Part shown: positions 45,940-56,658 of the stretch, piece by piece
Numbering within the stretch: the stretch's first letter is position 1
How the letters are laid out: every line of letters starts with the position of its first letter
DNA from: Rubripirellula sp.
Lineage (GTDB): Bacteria; Planctomycetota; Planctomycetia; Pirellulales; Pirellulaceae
Direction of reading: 5' to 3'
DNA: 64,000 nt
NCBI GenBank assembly: GCA_965216875.1
Contig: OZ244207.1
Span: forward strand, 6,656,001 to 6,720,000
Translations under genes and position numbers: made by a program
The notes under the pieces: model-generated
Seen by the model: only the letters and a program-made list of their open reading frames with translations
The model's database searches: none
What the model was told of the DNA's origin: nothing

Positions 45940-47469
45940 TTAGAGGAACATGTTGAGCGGCGATGCGGTTTCGCTTGCTCCGTAGAACTCGCGAATCTGT
46001 GGCAGGATGGTTGGCAGCTCGCTGTTGCTGATTCCGAACCACATTGCCAGCTCGGCTGAGATTGTGTCGACCGACATGGTTGGGATCATGCGGCCGCGGC
46101 CGAGGTTCATGTTGCCGACAGCAGGTCGATTGATGCTCGCGTCGCCAGTGTCGACAGGATTCAGCAGCGACGTCGGGTATTCGCCGTAGATCTTGCCGCC
46201 GTCAACGCAGCCACCACAAACGAAGTGGTTGGATCCCCAAGCATGGTCACTGCCCTGGCCGTTGGTGCCGAGTGTTCGAGCAAAGTCCGAGGCGGTGAAG
46301 AGGGTGACTTCGTCGTCGAGGCCGAGTTCCACCATCGCTTCGTTAAACGAGCCAACGGCTCGGCTGATTCGCTCGAGGTTCGGGCCATGGGCCGTCATCA
46401 AGTTTGCATGGTTGTCGAAACCGCCTTGCGAAACGAAGAAGACTTGCCGCTGTTGTTGCAAGGTGCTTTGAGCACCGATCACCTTGGCGATCACTTGCAT
46501 TCGGCGACTGAGGGTGTCTGTGGCAAACGTCGTCGTTAGATTGACGTTGTTGACCGCGTTGTTGAAATCGATCGCGGCGTCGATGGAGCCGCGGTTGGTG
46601 TTGGCAAGCGATTGGGCCAGCAGATTGGAGTACGTTTGGTCCAGGACACTGTCGGCGACGCGGCTATAGATCCGTCGGTTCAGGTTCGATCCTTGACTGG
46701 CAATCGCCGAATAGTCATCAACATCGATTGCCGGGTTGTTGCCTGCCGAGTCGCCGAGGGAGATCGAATAGGGAACAACGGAATCACCGGCTTGGAACAA
46801 GTTCACGCCGGCGGTTGAGATGTTCATCGAAACGAACTGGTTGCCGTTGGTGCTGCTGGTCAGCAGGTCGGCCATCTTTCCGCCCCAACCAACGATTTGA
46901 GACCGCGTGTTCGGTACGCTGGTCATCCAGTGGCGTTGGTGGTCGGCGTGGGAGAAAAGACCCAATGGGCGTGCTTCGAATGAGTTGGCGTTGTATTCGT
47001 CGCGTGTGATCCAGCGATTGAGCGAACCAACGTTCGAGACGAATGCAAGTTTGCCTTGGTTGTAGAGGCTTTGGACTTCGGGCATGCTCGGGTGCACGCC
47101 AAAGGCACGGCCGTTGCCGCCGTCGATGTCCAATAAGGTGTCTTGAGCCAGCGCTAGTCCGCCGGTGTTGCCATCGACACCGCGAATGCCACCGCGTGCC
47201 GTAACGTAGTCGGCAAACTCGCCGGAGTTCACGTCGCCTTCGTTCGGAAGCAACATGTTGAAGCCATCGTTGCCGCCAAACATGAACAAGCAGACAAGTG
47301 CTTTGTAGCCACCCGTTCCGCTATTGCCCGATGCGAGTGCATTGGTCGCTTGGAGGTTCATCAAGGTGGCAAGCATCGATGTGTTGGCCATCATGCCGCA
47401 GCCACCCGCGGCTTTGAGCACGTTTCGACGCGAGGTCTTCTGTTTTCGGTTTCGATTCGAGCGGGCCAT
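45940..47469 (-). CDS. DUF1501 domain protein, Tat signal
   Basis: SRRNVLK; YKALVCLFMFGGNDGFN, LFSHADHQ, GGFDNH, SDFARTL and GSDHAWG. Confidence 0.92.
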   Translation of the reverse strand: MARSNRNRKQKTSRRNVLKAAGGCGMMANTSMLATLMNLQATNALASGNSGTGGYKALVCLFMFGGNDGFNMLLPNEGDVNSGEFADYVTARGGIRGVDGNTGGLALAQDTLLDIDGGNGRAFGVHPSMPEVQSLYNQGKLAFVSNVGSLNRWITRDEYNANSFEARPLGLFSHADHQRHWMTSVPNTRSQIVGWGGKMADLLTSSTNGNQFVSMNISTAGVNLFQAGDSVVPYSISLGDSAGNNPAIDVDDYSAIASQGSNLNRRIYSRVADSVLDQTYSNLLAQSLANTNRGSIDAAIDFNNAVNNVNLTTTFATDTLSRRMQVIAKVIGAQSTLQQQRQVFFVSQGGFDNHANLMTAHGPNLERISRAVGSFNEAMVELGLDDEVTLFTASDFARTLGTNGQGSDHAWGSNHFVCGGCVDGGKIYGEYPTSLLNPVDTGDASINRPAVGNMNLGRGRMIPTMSVDTISAELAMWFGISNSELPTILPQIREFYGASETASPLNMFL

Positions 47470-47561
47470 TTCGAGTCTCCGTGAGAGGACGTCGGAGAAG
47501 TTGGGACAGGGAAAAGGAGGTCGCGTCGCACCGGTGCGTGCGACGGACCGATCAGGGGAGA

Positions 47562-49511
47562 CTATTCTTCAACCGCACAGTCTGGCGAAAGAAGTACAGC
47601 AGCGAGGGCTTCCTCGACTCGCTCGTCGTTGTGGCTGTTGTCGCTGGTCGCGAATTCGGTAATGCCAGCGATGATGTTGGCTTTGGTTTCTTCGCTAAGC
47701 GTTCCGTTACACAGCAGCAGGTCAAATCGCTCGAGGATCTCGGGCAGGTTCGCCAAGTCCCTGGCGAGCTCGATTTCTTCTTCCAGGTGGAATTCGATGT
47801 CAATATTCCCGGCAGACCCGTTTGGCTCGACGTTCTCGTCGATCTGCCGATTTCGGCAGAAGGTCCGGAAACGATTGATGGTTCGATTCCCCGTCACCGC
47901 ATCAATGATTTGGAACTCGGGGGCGAACAGAGCCGCATAAGGAATTCGACGTGACGGTGGAACACCAATCAGATCCGGCGGTTGGTAGTTCGGCAGGTAG
48001 TAGTTGAACACACTCGGTGCACGGAACGGCATCTGTCCCCAATCGGCTTGGAAGGACGTGTCCAGCATCATGTAAGGCTTGCCGGTGACCGGATCGTTGT
48101 GCTGCCAGTCGCTCGTTGGTCGCATCGCACGAATGAGTGAGGTCAAACGCAGGATGGGCTCACGCAGGCGAGAGTGCTCGGTGCCGCGAGTGACCACTTC
48201 AACGCGATCGGGATTGCGTTTTCTTACCAGTCGCTGACCACGATAAAGTTCTGGATCAAGCAGGATGGCTTTGACTACCGCGCCGAGGTCGCCACGAACG
48301 CCTTGGCCATTGTCACGCCACTTGCGAGTGACGCGTCGGATGTAGGCACGCGATGGATTCGATTTGACCATTCGCTGGATCAACAACCGGCAAATGAACG
48401 GAGCGACGTTGTCGTGATTGGCGATCACATCGAGCGCTTCATTGACTTCTGCGGTTGCCGCTTCGTTGGTCAGAGGTACTGGAAGGGGTGAGAGTGTTGT
48501 TCCAAAGATCGTTTTACTGGCTGGCGTGTTCGGGTCAGGTTGGCCAGGGTTGTTTGGATCTTCGGCGTAATTGAAGTTGTTGTCATGCTCTTGGTAGTGC
48601 ATGACCATCGGGTCGCCATAGTTGCGTCCGACGTAGAAGCTGGTCGAGGTGTTGTGTTGCGACTTGAAACCGGTGAAGACACGTGAGAGCTCTTTGATCC
48701 CTTCGATGTCGTAGGTCGGAATCAGTTCGCCTTGGTCGTTGGTTTTGAAGCGACCGTCTTGATGCATTTCGTAAAGGCCGACGGAAAACAGCTGCATGAT
48801 TTCGCGAGCGTAGTTTTCGTCAGGGAACCGCCCTGCACCAACGTTCGCTTTGCGATTGCGCCATGAGCTGAGGTAGGTGCCCATGCAAGGGTGCCAAGTG
48901 ACGTCACCAAGCAGGTCGCGGTAGTTTCCAAAGGCGTGACCACAAAGCATGTCGTAGTAGTCACCCATGCCCATCCAATCGGGGATGGTGAATTCGCCGC
49001 CACCTTTATCGCGGCGATCATCATTGTCGAAACCGGAACCCGAGTTGCTGATCACAAAGATCTGAGCAAGTGCCCAAGTCACTTTCTGACGCAGCTGGTC
49101 ATCGCGTTGAAGTGCGATGTGGAACCAAGCTTGGTACCGATAGTTTTGAACGCCAACACTTTGTTGATCGAGAACACGTCCGTCGGCCGCGATCATGTCA
49201 GCGGCGACGTCATTGTTGGAGCTCTTGGGGAGCGCCATCTGCTCGTCGATCCATTCGCTGCATGCGCGGCGATAACCGACTTGATTGATCCGCGCCGCGA
49301 GTTGGTCAATCGCTTCTTGAGTCGGACCGAAGGTTGCTTTGGAGAGGAACTGTGCCGCGCGAATCTTGGCGCGGATGACACGGATCTCTCGTGAGTTTTC
49401 TGCTTCGAACGTTCCCGCCTTAGCGGAACTCATCGTGTGAGGTCCGACAGCCACAAAAACAAAGGAGCACGTCAGTAGAACGGGCACACAAAGACGCTTG
49501 AGCCGCATCAT
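47562..49511 (-). CDS. DUF1800 domain protein
   Basis: AAQFLSKATFGPT, DQLRQK, PDENYAREIMQLFS, KAILLDPE and PSVFNYY. Confidence 0.92.
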   Translation of the reverse strand: MMRLKRLCVPVLLTCSFVFVAVGPHTMSSAKAGTFEAENSREIRVIRAKIRAAQFLSKATFGPTQEAIDQLAARINQVGYRRACSEWIDEQMALPKSSNNDVAADMIAADGRVLDQQSVGVQNYRYQAWFHIALQRDDQLRQKVTWALAQIFVISNSGSGFDNDDRRDKGGGEFTIPDWMGMGDYYDMLCGHAFGNYRDLLGDVTWHPCMGTYLSSWRNRKANVGAGRFPDENYAREIMQLFSVGLYEMHQDGRFKTNDQGELIPTYDIEGIKELSRVFTGFKSQHNTSTSFYVGRNYGDPMVMHYQEHDNNFNYAEDPNNPGQPDPNTPASKTIFGTTLSPLPVPLTNEAATAEVNEALDVIANHDNVAPFICRLLIQRMVKSNPSRAYIRRVTRKWRDNGQGVRGDLGAVVKAILLDPELYRGQRLVRKRNPDRVEVVTRGTEHSRLREPILRLTSLIRAMRPTSDWQHNDPVTGKPYMMLDTSFQADWGQMPFRAPSVFNYYLPNYQPPDLIGVPPSRRIPYAALFAPEFQIIDAVTGNRTINRFRTFCRNRQIDENVEPNGSAGNIDIEFHLEEEIELARDLANLPEILERFDLLLCNGTLSEETKANIIAGITEFATSDNSHNDERVEEALAAVLLSPDCAVEE

Positions 49512-49807
49512 CGATCACCACCCATGTACTTAGAAAAGAAAAGTTGAATCTTCGTTAGTGATCATCACCCCAGTTGGGTGAACGTCGCTACACCAGAAAA
49601 GTCGCCAAAAGACACTTCGGCCCGCATAGCGATTGTGTCGATCATAGCGACGCCCAGCGGCATTATCAAAGGCATGCTGCGGGAAAAGCCGCCCATATTT
49701 GCCGGCAATTAGTCCTTTGGAGGGGTGTCGGTTTCGCTGTGGGGTCATCGGGTGAGAATCGTTCGCCCAGCGGGGGCGATGATCGGTTTTTCGGTCCCGC
49801 TCAGGTG

Positions 49808-49904
49808 CTCCCGCTTGCAGGTCGGACGCAAAGTCCGGGGAGGGACTGACGTTAAAAGAACAAACCCTCTCCGGTCCTTAGAGCCCGACTCTCCCAAGGG
49901 AGAG
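49808..49904 (+). repeat. REP-like element, second copy of 27491-27589
   Basis: CTCCCGCTTGC..GGTCGGACGCAAAGTCCGGGGAGGGA...CAAACCCTCTCCGG..TTAGAGCCCGACTCTCCCAAGGGAGAG. Confidence 0.85.
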
Positions 49905-49915
49905 TGTTAATGGGC

Positions 49916-52900
49916 TTAATCCAGTTCAGTGAAGAGTTCGTCGACGGCGAGTTCGTACTTGGTTCTCTCTGTCGCTTGGGGCAAGACCTGAGACTTCACC
50001 GTTCTGCTTGGTGTATCAAACGAGGCAACCTTTCGTTTGATGGTCGAATCCAATTCAACGTCGGACGGTGACTGCGCGGTTTGATTCAAAGTCGAACTCT
50101 TGAGTTCAGCGTTCGACTCGCGCGGCGCGACCATTTGTTCGCTTTCCAGTGCGTTGTTCGCTGAAAGGATTGCCAGTGCGTTGATCACGCGAAGCGCGTC
50201 GAGAGCGGTTGCTTTATCGTCGCCGTTTTGGTCGTAGTACGCGCCGGGCCAATGAGCGACCGAGAGCGGGTCATCGAGTTGCGACGTGTCTCGATCAGAA
50301 AAGATCCTGGCGCCCAGTTCGTTGATGATCGCGAGTGCATCGAGTGCGGTCACGTCGCCGCTATTGTTGACATCACTTACGCTTACCGCGTTTTGCCAAG
50401 CGTGCGGCAGGTCGACTTGGACGTGTGCACTGCCACCTGCAATGTTTTCGATCGATCGTATGAAGCGTCCGTCGATGATCGATGGGTCTGCCATTCGCCA
50501 ATCGTCTTGATCAGCAAACAAGACGCGGTCGTCATCAGATTCACCAGGCTCGCCGCCGCCACCTTTGACAAACAGGCTTTGTGTTTGAGGCGCGAGGCGG
50601 GCTATGCTGGCCGCATCGATCACAATCGAGTTGGCATGTTCGTTGTCACCCAAGTCGACCGCGTGAAAGTTCATCGCGTCGATGGACCCGTTTTGCGTGA
50701 AGTCGACTTGGCCACTCGCACCCGTGAGGCGCAGCCAGTTCTCTCCTTCACCGCCACTGATGACAAGGCCACCGAGTGGATCGGGGAGTCCTCCGCTTAG
50801 GTCGATCGCGACGGTGGCGTCGGAATCGGGCGCAAGCAGGTCGATGAGGTTTCCGTTGTCTCGTCCAGAGGCAAAGAGTTCCGTTTCGCCATCGTGAACG
50901 ACGAACCGATCGCCTTGGACAACAAGGGTCGTCTCCTCGCTGATCGGATTGATCTTCGCGGTCGACGATGAGTCACCAATTTGGAAGATGTAGTCTTCGA
51001 CTTCGCCATCGGTTGCCAGTCCTGTGGGCGCGAGCCCGCCGAAACTGCTCAGCCGAAACCGGGCCGCAACCGAACCGGCGACGGCGTTCGGGGGGACTTC
51101 GAAGCTGAGCGTGTTGCTGCCGGGCGAGACACGGGCGCGGTCGATGATGCGTTCGTTCTCGGACCAAGTCCCGTTTCCGTCAAAGTCAATCCAGGCGTCG
51201 AGTCGACCGAAGGTCGTCGCCAACGCCTCCAAGCTCGCTTTGGAGTGCGACCCCGTGACAATGGAGCTGATCAAAGAGATTCCGTCGTCGCCATCGTCCT
51301 CGGTAGCATTTTCGCTTGATTGGCCATCTTGTTCGGCATCGACGAGATGACCTAATGCAAGCGACGTGACAGGGTGTCGGGCACCATCGTCGGCCAATAC
51401 GCTCGGGAACGATGGGGGAGCATCTCCAAAATCAAGACCTTGGACTTCGATCGCTCCGATGTCGATGCGACCCCCTACCACTCGGCGCGCGTTCGGACCG
51501 CGTTGATCCCATGGGAGGTTCGCGTCATCGAAATTGAGTTCGCCCGCATTGATGGCGGGGCTCCCTGGCAACGGAACGTGCACCGGTTGATGGCCGTTGT
51601 AAGCGAACAAGCGATCCAAATTGGGGTCACCGTTATTCGCGATGATGAGACTCGTGTTGACTTCGCTTCCAATAGGCCCGTTCGTTTCAACGATGTTCGA
51701 TCGCTCGATGCCCGTTACCGAACCTTCCGCTATCTCGGCGTCGCTATCAGCGTTCGAATCGGAAAGGATAGTGTTGGCAAGATACAGTTCGGCCGCCATT
51801 CCTGACTGGTAGTAGGCACCTGCGATGGATTGGCCCGCGTCGCTGCCCTGCCCTGCGTCGGCATGATTCAATGCGATCGTGCTGTTTTCGATCGTCACGC
51901 TACCGTTGCGGTTATGGATTCCGCCACCCATCGCGTCGCCACGATTGGCGCGTTGGAATGTGCTCGAGTCATAGCCCCCGACGCCACCGGTGGCACGGTT
52001 GCCTGAGAGCGTCGAATTCTTGACCCACAGGATCCCGCCGTCGTTGAAGATCGCCCCACCCAAAGCATCGCCACCGCGGCCGGCCGGAGAGACGTCTGAC
52101 GCTCCCCTTCCTCCGCGAGCCTGATTCGAAGCAAGCGTGGAGTTGATGATCGTCGTCGTTCCTTGATTTAGGATCGCGCCACCGAATCCAACGCCAGCGT
52201 CAATTCCATTGCCACCCGATTCGAAGACGCCGTTTGATCCGACGATCGATCCGCCAGCGAGGTACAAGTCGTCAAGCGTGAGCGTGGCGCCCGGATGCAC
52301 ATGGAAGAATCGCATGGAGGGCGCGTTTGCGGTCCGGATCAGGTTGACCGAATAGTTCGATGGCCCGACGATTGCGACAGAAGAAGTGATTTCAAATGCC
52401 GTGGCACCATTGGATGTCGCTGATGGAAAATCGAGATCGAGAAAGAGATTCGCAAACTCGGACAATTCTTCCGAGAACGTAATGGTGCTTTCACCGACGC
52501 TTCCGTTCGAAGCATCGATCGCCTCACGGAGGCTGGTGAGACCATCGTTTGGGTCAACGATGTCGCTGGAGGTTGTCACGACGAAGTGTGGCGGCGCAAC
52601 CTGTTGGCGTTCATAGGCGCCGATGTCGACGCCGCCTCCATCGTCGCGCCGGAACGGCACGCCGCGCTGGTCGGACACCGACCGAGATTCACCGGTGTCA
52701 ATCGCAGGACTGTCCTCCTCGAGCGCGTGCGTAGGCGTAGGGCCGCCGTTGAAGGCCAGCGGGCTTAATCCAGGATCAAGCACACCCAGCTGGTTGTTGT
52801 TTTCGCCATCGACAAGGGTGAAGGGCCCCGGGATTCCGATCAAGCTCGATTCGGCCGCAAGCAAAGCACCATCAACCTCGAGAAATTCGTCAGGAGTGCC

Positions 52901-54964
52901 ATCGGCGAGTGCGTTGCCGGCAATGATGGAATTTCGGACGGTGATGTTGGCGTTAAAGTGCGAGTAGAGTGCACCGCCCCCGGTGCCGGCCGTATTGCCT
53001 GTGACGGTCGAATCCTCGATGGTTAACTTTCCCATGTGGGCGATGGCACCACCGTACAAATCAGCTTGGTTGCCAGAGAGAGTGCTGCTCTTGATCCATA
53101 CTTCGTGATTGCCATCGCTTCCGATCGACAGTCCGCCGCCAGTAATGGCGGAGTTGCCGGAGACGGTGCTCTGCTCGACCACGAGACGCTCGCCCGAGAA
53201 TCGGATGCCGGAACCGTTGTTGTTTTCGATGATGGACGATCGAACCGTTAAATCGTCGAACGAACGAATCGCTGAGCTACGAGCGTTGGTCAACGTGACG
53301 CCCGAAACTTCCAGACTTGCCGCTGTGTCGAAACCAAAAGGGTTTGCGAAGAAAATCGGCGCACGGTCGGCACCATCAAGCGTCAGCATCCTGGCACCAG
53401 GACCGGTGATTACCGTGTCATCGTTGACTTCGATTTCACCAACAGCAAGAACGATGTTTGCTGGGCCATTGGCGAAGAGATTGGGGTCGAATGTGATCAC
53501 CTGTGTGCCTGAGGTTTGATTGGCAAAGGTGACAGCATCCCGAAGGGTAACTTCGCTGTCGGTCAGGTCCGCAAAGTCGTCGTTGAGCGAGTTCACGACC
53601 AGCGGGTTGTAGTCGGCTTCCACCGCACCGATGTCGACGGCCATGGCGCGGCGACGTGGGAATTCGAAACCACGCTGGTCAAATGGCTCAGCGGAAATGA
53701 GTGCATCGTTCGCCGCGTCGACGGCGGGATTGTTTAGGCTGATCACCAATGCGTGAGTCAATGTGTTGCCGCCGTTGTCGGCTAAGTTGGCTTCAATCAC
53801 GGGTGTCGTCGTCGTATCAACGTTGGCGAGGTCGGAGTCGCCCAGGAATCCTGATCCGTTGTCGTCAAGCAGGTTGTTGCCGAGTGACACGACGCTCGCC
53901 GTGGAGTTGTCGCCCAACGCGATCGCGGTGAAGTTGTCTTGGTCGCGCGGCGACTGATTGCCAACCAGTAGCGTATTGCCAACCTCAAAACGAGCGCTGC
54001 CGCCAGCTTGTGCCTCGACATGAATCGCGCGATCCACCGTGGTCTGGTTTTGCGTGATGGTTGAGTTGATGACCTGGACGACGTCTTGCTGCGACCCTGA
54101 TCCAAAACTCAGGATCGCGGAGCCTCGGATCGCAGATGAGTTCCCGCTAAGCGTGCTGTTGCGGATTTGAGTGCTGTTGTTTGAAGACAGTATGGCACCA
54201 CCAAAGGGTGCGCTGTTGCCCGCGAAGGTCGATGACTCGACCAATAAGCTGCCTGACGAACTCGCCAGTCCTCCTCCGCTATCGGTCAGCGATTGATTGT
54301 TCGCGACCATTGAATCGGTGACGAACGAAGTTCCAAACGACATGATGCCGCCACCCGAGTTGGTGGACCTGTTGTTGGATACTTTGGACGCATGAACCGA
54401 TAGGTTCGACAAGGCCGCGATGCCTCCGCCCCGATCACTCGAGAAGTTGTCGTTAACGGAAACTTCGTTGAGCGATAAGCGACTGTTGAAACCACCGTCG
54501 ACCAACAGACCGCCGCCAAACGTGTCTCGTCCGCCGGTGATCGTTAGATTGAGAAGACTAACGTCGGCGTCGCCAAAGACATGCAAGACACGTTCACCGA
54601 TTCCCGTTTCGCCGCCCGCGCTGATGATGGTTTGATCGATACCGTTGCCCCAGAAGGTAATGCGACCAGAGAAGATGTCGAGGTCGCCGGCGACGTTGTT
54701 GTTTTCAGGCGTCGCGGAGACGCGAGTGAGCAGGAACTCATTGCCGATGCCGCTTGCGAACGTGATGTCGTCGCGATCGTCAGTATTGTTCGACGCAAGG
54801 TCGATTGCTTCGCGTAGACTGATCACCCCATCGTCGGGATCGACGATGTCCAGCGTCGTTGTGACTTCGATGAAAGCCAAAAGACGACGTTGTTCGAGCG
54901 GTTCCAACAGGTGACGACGTTTCGAATTTCGTCGTGCACGCCGATTTGACGAGGAACGCGACAT
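49916..54964 (-). CDS. Large extracellular protein: planctomycete export motif, three CSLREA-like/beta-helix/choice-of-anchor Q modules, GEVED and dockerin-like domains
   Basis: RRHLLEPLEQRRLLA; ISLREAI, VTLRDAV and TSLREAI; NGGxTxTHAL...DQRG...DIGAxE; DGEVEDY; DVNNSGDVTALDAL and DQNGDDKATALDAL. Confidence 0.9.
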   Translation of the reverse strand: MSRSSSNRRARRNSKRRHLLEPLEQRRLLAFIEVTTTLDIVDPDDGVISLREAIDLASNNTDDRDDITFASGIGNEFLLTRVSATPENNNVAGDLDIFSGRITFWGNGIDQTIISAGGETGIGERVLHVFGDADVSLLNLTITGGRDTFGGGLLVDGGFNSRLSLNEVSVNDNFSSDRGGGIAALSNLSVHASKVSNNRSTNSGGGIMSFGTSFVTDSMVANNQSLTDSGGGLASSSGSLLVESSTFAGNSAPFGGAILSSNNSTQIRNSTLSGNSSAIRGSAILSFGSGSQQDVVQVINSTITQNQTTVDRAIHVEAQAGGSARFEVGNTLLVGNQSPRDQDNFTAIALGDNSTASVVSLGNNLLDDNGSGFLGDSDLANVDTTTTPVIEANLADNGGNTLTHALVISLNNPAVDAANDALISAEPFDQRGFEFPRRRAMAVDIGAVEADYNPLVVNSLNDDFADLTDSEVTLRDAVTFANQTSGTQVITFDPNLFANGPANIVLAVGEIEVNDDTVITGPGARMLTLDGADRAPIFFANPFGFDTAASLEVSGVTLTNARSSAIRSFDDLTVRSSIIENNNGSGIRFSGERLVVEQSTVSGNSAITGGGLSIGSDGNHEVWIKSSTLSGNQADLYGGAIAHMGKLTIEDSTVTGNTAGTGGGALYSHFNANITVRNSIIAGNALADGTPDEFLEVDGALLAAESSLIGIPGPFTLVDGENNNQLGVLDPGLSPLAFNGGPTPTHALEEDSPAIDTGESRSVSDQRGVPFRRDDGGGVDIGAYERQQVAPPHFVVTTSSDIVDPNDGLTSLREAIDASNGSVGESTITFSEELSEFANLFLDLDFPSATSNGATAFEITSSVAIVGPSNYSVNLIRTANAPSMRFFHVHPGATLTLDDLYLAGGSIVGSNGVFESGGNGIDAGVGFGGAILNQGTTTIINSTLASNQARGGRGASDVSPAGRGGDALGGAIFNDGGILWVKNSTLSGNRATGGVGGYDSSTFQRANRGDAMGGGIHNRNGSVTIENSTIALNHADAGQGSDAGQSIAGAYYQSGMAAELYLANTILSDSNADSDAEIAEGSVTGIERSNIVETNGPIGSEVNTSLIIANNGDPNLDRLFAYNGHQPVHVPLPGSPAINAGELNFDDANLPWDQRGPNARRVVGGRIDIGAIEVQGLDFGDAPPSFPSVLADDGARHPVTSLALGHLVDAEQDGQSSENATEDDGDDGISLISSIVTGSHSKASLEALATTFGRLDAWIDFDGNGTWSENERIIDRARVSPGSNTLSFEVPPNAVAGSVAARFRLSSFGGLAPTGLATDGEVEDYIFQIGDSSSTAKINPISEETTLVVQGDRFVVHDGETELFASGRDNGNLIDLLAPDSDATVAIDLSGGLPDPLGGLVISGGEGENWLRLTGASGQVDFTQNGSIDAMNFHAVDLGDNEHANSIVIDAASIARLAPQTQSLFVKGGGGEPGESDDDRVLFADQDDWRMADPSIIDGRFIRSIENIAGGSAHVQVDLPHAWQNAVSVSDVNNSGDVTALDALAIINELGARIFSDRDTSQLDDPLSVAHWPGAYYDQNGDDKATALDALRVINALAILSANNALESEQMVAPRESNAELKSSTLNQTAQSPSDVELDSTIKRKVASFDTPSRTVKSQVLPQATERTKYELAVDELFTELD

Positions 54965-55123
54965 AGTGCGAGCAAATGACGAGGCCGGAAATTGCGCAGG
55001 CGGGTCATCTTCCCACCAAGACGAACTGTATGTTAGCTCGGACCGAGACGCCTTGCCGAAATGGCCGCCGCAATCGGAGCCTGGCTCCAGACCAAGCTCT
55101 GGCAGACGTGCCTATGTGTTCGC

Positions 55124-56596
55124 CTACGCAAAGAGGTTTAGCGACGGCAGACCGGTGAAGTTGATCAGGTTGGGTAGCACTTCAAGAAGCGACGACGGTG
55201 GCACGCCAAACCACTGGACGATTTCGCTGTAGTACTGATCGACCGACGTGGTTGGGATGAGTCGTCCGCGACCGACGTTGATTGACGAACCGGTGCCATC
55301 GACGGGATTGAGCAGCGAAGTTGGATAGTCGCCGCGAATGTTGCCGCCAGCGATGGGGCCACCAAGAACGAACTGATTGCCGCCCCAGGCGTGATCGGAA
55401 CCTTGACCATTGCTTGAGAGGGTTCGAGCGAAGTCTGAGGCGCTAAAGGTCACGACGTCGTTGGCGACATTCAGCTCTTCGGTTGCTTCGTAGAACGAGC
55501 TGACCGCGCGGCTGAGTCGATCCAGCAGTGGGCCGTGTCCGGTCAATAGATTAGCGTGATTGTCGAATCCGCCGAGCTGCACGAAAAAGACTTGGCGTCG
55601 CTGACCAAGTGTTGCGCGGGCGCCGATGACTTGAGCGATCATCCGCATCTGTCGGCTCAGGTAATCGTTGGTGTCGAACGGAGTGTTGATGGTGACTGAG
55701 TTGACCGCATTGTTGAAGTCGATCGCGGCATCGATCGAAACGCGATGTGTTTCGGCGAACGTTTTGGAAAGCAAGTTGTTGTAGGTTTGCGATAACAACT
55801 CATCCTGCATCTGGCTGAATGCGCGATAGCGAATGCTGGTTGTTTGGCTTGGGTCGGAGTAATAGTTGCCGACCAACGTCGCGCCGTTGGTGCCAATGCT
55901 GTAGGGCGTGACCGTGTTGCCGGTTTGGAAAATGTTGACGCCCGACAGCGAGATGTTCATCGAGATCGATGACGGGTCGTTGCAGTCTTGCAACAGGTCG
56001 GACATGCGACCGCCCCACCCTTTCAATTGGGCTCGGTCCTGTGGGAAGCTCGTCATCCAGTGACGTTGCAGGTCGGCATGAGAGAAGAGTCCAAGCGGCA
56101 GGTTCGATTGGGCTCGGTACGCCGCAAGGGAGGTTGGTCGAATCAGTGAACCAACGTTGGCGGCGAAGGCGAGTTTGCCCGCGTCGTAAAGGCCTTTGAT
56201 TCCGTTGCCGCCACTGGCACTGCTGGCTCCGGTGACGTCCGAGGTGAAATCGGGGTGCAGACCAAACGTACGACCGCCCGGGCCAGCGATGGAATGGAAC
56301 GTGTTTTCGGCTAGCGCAATGCCACCGTTACCGACACCGCCGCGAACTGTGTTGTAGTCGCTGTATTCGTTGCCAAGCGGCGCCAACATGTTGTAGGAGT
56401 CGTTGCCACCATTGAGGAACAGACAAACGAGCGACTTGTAATCGTTCGGGTCCGTATCGTTGGCCATCGCTTGAGTCGCCTGCAGACTCAAAAACGTCGA
56501 GGCCATCGAGATGCTGCTTGTGATGCCGCACGCGGAGGCGGCTTTCAAAACGGCGCGTCGCGAAGGATGCTGCTTGTTTTTGTCTTTGATGATCAT
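55124..56596 (-). CDS. DUF1501 domain protein, Tat signal
   Basis: SRRAVLK; YKSLVCLFLNGGNDSYN, LFSHADLQ, GGFDNH, SDFARTL and GSDHAWG. Confidence 0.92.
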   Translation of the reverse strand: MIIKDKNKQHPSRRAVLKAASACGITSSISMASTFLSLQATQAMANDTDPNDYKSLVCLFLNGGNDSYNMLAPLGNEYSDYNTVRGGVGNGGIALAENTFHSIAGPGGRTFGLHPDFTSDVTGASSASGGNGIKGLYDAGKLAFAANVGSLIRPTSLAAYRAQSNLPLGLFSHADLQRHWMTSFPQDRAQLKGWGGRMSDLLQDCNDPSSISMNISLSGVNIFQTGNTVTPYSIGTNGATLVGNYYSDPSQTTSIRYRAFSQMQDELLSQTYNNLLSKTFAETHRVSIDAAIDFNNAVNSVTINTPFDTNDYLSRQMRMIAQVIGARATLGQRRQVFFVQLGGFDNHANLLTGHGPLLDRLSRAVSSFYEATEELNVANDVVTFSASDFARTLSSNGQGSDHAWGGNQFVLGGPIAGGNIRGDYPTSLLNPVDGTGSSINVGRGRLIPTTSVDQYYSEIVQWFGVPPSSLLEVLPNLINFTGLPSLNLFA

Positions 56597-56658
56597 GGCG
56601 ATTGCCTAGGGTGGCGGCAGTGAATTGGCTTGTGTGAAACGACAGCGAGCTCGCGTGG